From: a virus
Length of the DNA: 64,000 nt
IMG/VR virus record: IMGVR_UViG_3300006737_000020
Coordinates: 39,224-103,223 of that record
Direction: 5' to 3' (one strand)
Below the pieces are notes generated by a model. The model searched no databases and had not been told where the DNA came from. It saw only the letters and a list, made by a program, of their open reading frames with translations. The position numbers and the translations under genes were made by a program. This document shows, one piece after another, positions 59,993 through 64,000 of this stretch (its first letter is position 1; every line of letters begins with the position of its first letter).

Positions 59993-61476
59993 TATTCTTT
60001 ACTATATTCATCTAACGGACTTACTTTTTCAAATGATGCTCCATTTACTAATGCACCAGCTGTCCTGGTAATTTTATCAGTGGTACGAGTACTTTCTCCT
60101 TCTGATAACGGCCAATATGCAAGTAGTTCTGCACTTCCTGTTGATACATATCCTCCAGATCCTGAAATAATATCTGGTGGAAATCCATCATTAAACAATC
60201 CTTTGATATTAGATTCATCTAATGCTTTATACCATACTCCTACATTGTTTATTTGGCCATTGAAATAAGAATCTGCAGCTGTATTTGCTTTACCAAACTT
60301 ACCTATATAACTTTCTGTACCAGTATATGTTAAAGCACAATCCTCATCTCCACTAGCAATAGTTGTTACCGATTTTCCATTCATATATATTTTCCAATCT
60401 GCTCGACGATTAGATCCAAATACAAATGTACACATCAACCATTTATTTTCATACATTCTTTTAGGATCTACTGTATTAGATTGAACTACCGTTTTTCTAT
60501 GACTTGATGTTTGGCCGTATGATCCATTTCTTGCTCTACCATACATGTCCATTGCCAATCTAAAATCGGCTGATACTCTAGTAGCAATACCATAATACTT
60601 ATTATGAGTTCTTCCTATTGATAATATAGGATGTGCTGCAGAACCTGAATTTTCTATCTTTAGCCATGCATTAATAGTTAATCCATATCTTGCAATTTCT
60701 TCTTCTGTTTTATATAAGGTTCTAGAATGGTCTCCTAATGCAATATAATCATTAGTTCCATCAAATGCAACACTATAATCATTTGAATAATAACTTGCAG
60801 TTGTTTGTAAATCTAATGATTTCTTAAACATGTAATTTTGTACTTTTTTGTCTGGTAAAGCTTTAGATGCAGTTAGTACAGTTAATTTTTCAACATCTTC
60901 TAGATCTCTATACCATTGTCTCTTATAAGCACCAAACCATCTTTCTTGTGGAACATCTAATTCATCAGTAAATGATTCTGATATTATCCTAATAGGATTA
61001 CCTTTTCTATCCATACCTACTTTTAGGCCTTGGATGGTATCATCTTCTTTTTCTCTAAAGTTTTGTTTATACTTGGTCTTGAATTCTTCATACCTAGGTG
61101 ATTTACTAAATGAAGCTGTAGCTGCATCGTTTACAACTCTATAACAAAATTCAGTAGTAGCTCCATTTGATGAACTACACATTCTTTCAGATCTTAATCC
61201 ATACTTTAAACTTTCAGTAACTTCTCCTGCTTCCCAATCCAACATACCAGCTTCATATCGTTCTTTCTGGACTTCCTTAATACGTTCTTTTTTCTTCTTT
61301 AAAGTTTGGTCTGCATTTGATGCATCCTTTATTACAACAGTTCTATCGTCTTTAAAATGCTTATGTGTAATTTCAGATATATGTACTTCACCAACTAATG
61401 GTTCTCCACAACATTCACACATTTCTTCGATTATTTGCTGCTTGTTCGATCCTGACATTACTAGACGTAGTACCAT
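59992..61476 (-). CDS. Virion protein with C-terminal LamG-like domain
   Basis: SVAFDGTNDYI...IYMNG...YFNGQINNVGVW...LLAYWPLSEG. Confidence 0.75.
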   Translation of the reverse strand: MVLRLVMSGSNKQQIIEEMCECCGEPLVGEVHISEITHKHFKDDRTVVIKDASNADQTLKKKKERIKEVQKERYEAGMLDWEAGEVTESLKYGLRSERMCSSSNGATTEFCYRVVNDAATASFSKSPRYEEFKTKYKQNFREKEDDTIQGLKVGMDRKGNPIRIISESFTDELDVPQERWFGAYKRQWYRDLEDVEKLTVLTASKALPDKKVQNYMFKKSLDLQTTASYYSNDYSVAFDGTNDYIALGDHSRTLYKTEEEIARYGLTINAWLKIENSGSAAHPILSIGRTHNKYYGIATRVSADFRLAMDMYGRARNGSYGQTSSHRKTVVQSNTVDPKRMYENKWLMCTFVFGSNRRADWKIYMNGKSVTTIASGDEDCALTYTGTESYIGKFGKANTAADSYFNGQINNVGVWYKALDESNIKGLFNDGFPPDIISGSGGYVSTGSAELLAYWPLSEGESTRTTDKITRTAGALVNGASFEKVSPLDEYSKE

Positions 61477-61492
61477 AACTTATTACCTTTAA

Positions 61493-62041
61493 TTAAATAG
61501 CTGCAAATGCCTTTTGAAGGAAAGAACCTATTTCTTTAGTTTTAACGGCATTTAATGCACCTTTAAGAGTTGCCATCCCAGTACTACCTTTTGCAAATTT
61601 ATCAGCCATACCACCTACACCTTTATATAATAATACAGCAACTGTTAATGCATGTAATATTTCAGCTACCTTTTTTCTTGCAACTGCATCTTTCATTCCT
61701 GCCTTTTCTAATGGCCATTCAAAAGCTTTTATAATCCTCTTATGATTATTTTTACCCCATTGAATAAGTTTATCTCCAGACAATCGTTTTAGGCCTGGTA
61801 TTTTACTTATAAGGTTCATAAACTTTCCTAGTAGTTTTTGTATCTCACCAAATGATAAAGCAAAACCAGCCGCTGTTAAAACAATACCTTCTGTTTCAGG
61901 AGCATCTAGATCTGCTTGTTTGATATCCTTTTCAAAATCATCAAACATGTCATCTAATACTTCTTCTGATGCATCTGTTGTATTACCAAATACATCAGCT
62001 TCGGAAATTACCTCATTTAATAAGTCTTTTAATTTTACCAT
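61493..62041 (-). CDS. Putative head-internal/ejection protein with amphipathic helices
   Basis: MVKLKDLLNEVISE leader, acidic stretch, then hydrophobic helices. Confidence 0.55.
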   Translation of the reverse strand: MVKLKDLLNEVISEADVFGNTTDASEEVLDDMFDDFEKDIKQADLDAPETEGIVLTAAGFALSFGEIQKLLGKFMNLISKIPGLKRLSGDKLIQWGKNNHKRIIKAFEWPLEKAGMKDAVARKKVAEILHALTVAVLLYKGVGGMADKFAKGSTGMATLKGALNAVKTKEIGSFLQKAFAAI

Positions 62042-62475
62042 TTCCTACAGCTCCAATATCTTGCTTTAGTTCTTGGTCCTGGAGAATCACAATTATGTCT
62101 TGCTCTAAATGACTTTCTTGCTTTAGGATTATTCTTTCTTATACGCATAGTCTTTTCACCACCTTTACCTTTATGACCAAAATTCACTTTTTTAACATTA
62201 CCTGTTTTTGGATCTTTAACATATACCTTAAACTTTTTAACATCGCCTTGCATAGGTTTACCAAGTTTAACTTTACGACCTTGATATTCTGCTTCTTGAT
62301 ATAATATAGGTTCTGAAGATTCTACTATCTCCATACGTAATGATTCATTTCTATATATTACAGAATCATTAACTTTAACGCATTTGTCTTTGCCATCCTC
62401 CGTACCAGCATATCGGTATCCTTTCCAACATGCCTTTCCATCAGCGCCTTTTACTTTTTCAATAATGTATTTCAT
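62035..62475 (-). CDS. Two-module basic protein (CWKGY module + RKSFRARHNC...YWSC module)
   Basis: KACWKGYRYAG...KCVKV; KKFKVYVK...VNFG...SFRARHNC...KARYWSCRKW. Confidence 0.65.
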   Translation of the reverse strand: MKYIIEKVKGADGKACWKGYRYAGTEDGKDKCVKVNDSVIYRNESLRMEIVESSEPILYQEAEYQGRKVKLGKPMQGDVKKFKVYVKDPKTGNVKKVNFGHKGKGGEKTMRIRKNNPKARKSFRARHNCDSPGPRTKARYWSCRKW

Positions 62476-62591
62476 AGGTGTTCTCCAATTTAATATAAAT
62501 ATGCGGTTGGTCCGGTTAAGTGTGGTTTCCGGTTAGGTAAAGTGAGGTGGTTATAGTGAGGTTAAAAAGATGTAAAAAAGCAGCCAAAAGA

Positions 62592-62623
62592 TTTGGTAGA
62601 TTGAAAAATATTCCTTATCTTTA
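62592..62623 (+). promoter_or_regulatory. Bacteroidota sigma-A-type promoter (-33/-7)
   Basis: TTTG-N20-TATCTTTA, 22 nt upstream of the SWIM gene. Confidence 0.75.
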
Positions 62624-62645
62624 TATTATATAAAAAGATGAAAAT

Positions 62646-63032
62646 ATGGCCAAAGTACTAGTTAATGAATTCTTCGTGCATGGCATGAAGAAACCCAAAA
62701 GAACCTATGCAATTCATGGAGGTTTAATTCCACCATTTACAATGACCTACGGAAGCGCAAAGTATATAATGCCCGGATGGTATAAGATAGATGATACAGA
62801 AGAACTTCCCGATATAGAAGATATTGCATTTTATCCTTATAAGCCTAAAAAAGACAATAGCCTAGATAATATAAAGAGCAATGCTATATATAAGGTAATG
62901 TCTAGTAAAGGTGATAAGGAATACCAAGTCCAAATGAATACCTCTGGTAGCCTGGAATGCGAATGCCCTGGATATGGGTTTAGGAGAAGGTGCCGACATA
63001 TAGACCAGGTAGTAGCCGAATCCCTTATATAG
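62646..63032 (+). CDS. SWIM zinc-finger protein
   Basis: YQV...CECPGYGFRRRCRH (CxC...CxH); host-type promoter upstream on the plus strand. Confidence 0.78.
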   Translation: MAKVLVNEFFVHGMKKPKRTYAIHGGLIPPFTMTYGSAKYIMPGWYKIDDTEELPDIEDIAFYPYKPKKDNSLDNIKSNAIYKVMSSKGDKEYQVQMNTSGSLECECPGYGFRRRCRHIDQVVAESLI

Positions 63033-63179
63033 AAAAATTTTATTTTGCACTTTTCGCTTGCGCTCAGATTCTTGAGATGGTTGGGCTTTATAGGTATACA
63101 GCGCCTTGTGCTTGTATACGCAGTATATATTAGTATAATAGTTCTATATATAAAAATATTAAGTTCACTAGATAAAAAC

Positions 63180-63390
63180 ATATAACGACCCCCCAGAGCA
63201 TGGTATATACCTGGTATGTTACCGAAAACCCCTATATCCCCACCTTTTGAGGGGTATTATGGAGGTATTACGGGGTAGCTGAAGGTATGTGCCCTGCTTT
63301 AGGTTATATAGGGGTTATATGGACGGTATTAGCTGGTATGTGGATATATGGTGGATTATACCATTCTAATCGGTCTTGCGCTGTATATAT
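63180..63390. other. Non-coding G-skewed array of GGTAT/GGTTAT-like units (candidate origin or packaging site)
   Basis: No credible ORF; GG(T)TAT-like units at roughly 10-11 nt spacing; internal inverted repeats. Confidence 0.4.
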
Positions 63391-64000
63391 TGAATTGCGT
63401 TCTTATATAGTATATTGTACATATTATATTTAGTTTGCGTTATAGCATTCGCTAGCATCTGCTTCTTCTTGCTTCCGTTCAGATCGCAGCAACCTGGATA
63501 TATTTTTTTTATATATAGTCTATATTATAATATAAGGATAATAAGTCGTAAGTCCTAGTAAATCCAAAGAAAGTTATTAAAAGTTATTAAGAACAACGAC
63601 CTTGTGGTGTATAACTTAACCCATGCATGCACAAGGATAAGTATACTTGACTGTATAACTACTTGATAATAAATAGATTATATAGGTTGTAAGGTATTCT
63701 TCCTACCAGAGTGATAAACCCTTAACCCCGTTTACCTCAATCGTTGGTTTAGGTGGATACCAATCTTGGCTGAAAGACGTTCCTGAAATCGGAAAAAAGC
63801 TATAAAAAAATTTGGAATCTCGGAAGAAAGACGTATACCACTCTACACATTTGTCCTATACAATGCTCTGAGCTTGCTATAGCAATATTATCTATTCGTA
63901 AATATTTTTAAATTTTTTAATTGATTGGTATAGAGAACATTTAAAGAACTAACTAATATGATAAAAGGTAAGGCCAATTCAACTATTAGATAGGTTTATA

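Noticed and set aside
51-60268. Many plus-strand ORFs in the track (e.g. 2095-2352, 12915-13244, 15993-16436, 40103-40423)
   Set aside because: They lie antisense to well-supported minus-strand genes, lack family motifs and often rely on TTG/GTG starts; treated as shadow ORFs.
62837-63181. Minus-strand ORFs 62837-63181 and 62862-63050
   Set aside because: They are antisense to the SWIM gene, which has both a motif and a promoter.
63180-63390. Possible CRISPR or mini-array
   Set aside because: Units are about 5-6 nt and degenerate; there are no 25-45-nt direct repeats with spacers.
1-64000. Stop-codon reassignment, introns or inteins
   Set aside because: Conserved genes are full length under code 11 and end in TAA, TAG or TGA; I saw no intein or homing-endonuclease motifs in terminase, primase or SbcCD.

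Overview
A 64-kb, AT-rich segment of a large lytic T4-like myovirus, probably infecting Bacteroidota in sunlit water. The host call rests on TTTG-N20-TAnnTTTA promoters, a DUF4494-like protein, an Hc1-like protein and an outer-membrane beta-barrel; UvsE, PhoH and Hsp20 suggest the habitat. Almost all genes are on the minus strand. From left to right: portal (truncated), large terminase, holin, a multi-domain nucleotidyltransferase, tail fibres, a fused Mre11-Rad50 (SbcD-SbcC), primase, resolvase, PhoH, a baseplate cluster, a gp55-like sigma factor, accessory genes, tRNA-Arg(UCU), small putative head-internal proteins, then a strand switch and about 1 kb of non-coding DNA. Main unexplained signals: (1) an [S/T]-[G/A/S]-S tripeptide strongly enriched in tail and baseplate proteins, possibly a modification sequon; (2) an 819-aa polyprotein whose N-terminal leader recurs internally, plus a family of proteins with L/I-x-E leaders; (3) a late-promoter-like ATATTTAT motif in the reverse orientation of the T4 late promoter; (4) perfect inverted repeats bracketing two single genes (hsp20 and the beta-barrel); (5) Shine-Dalgarno use biased toward late genes. 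All family assignments come from motif recognition by eye, and all counts are hand counts.
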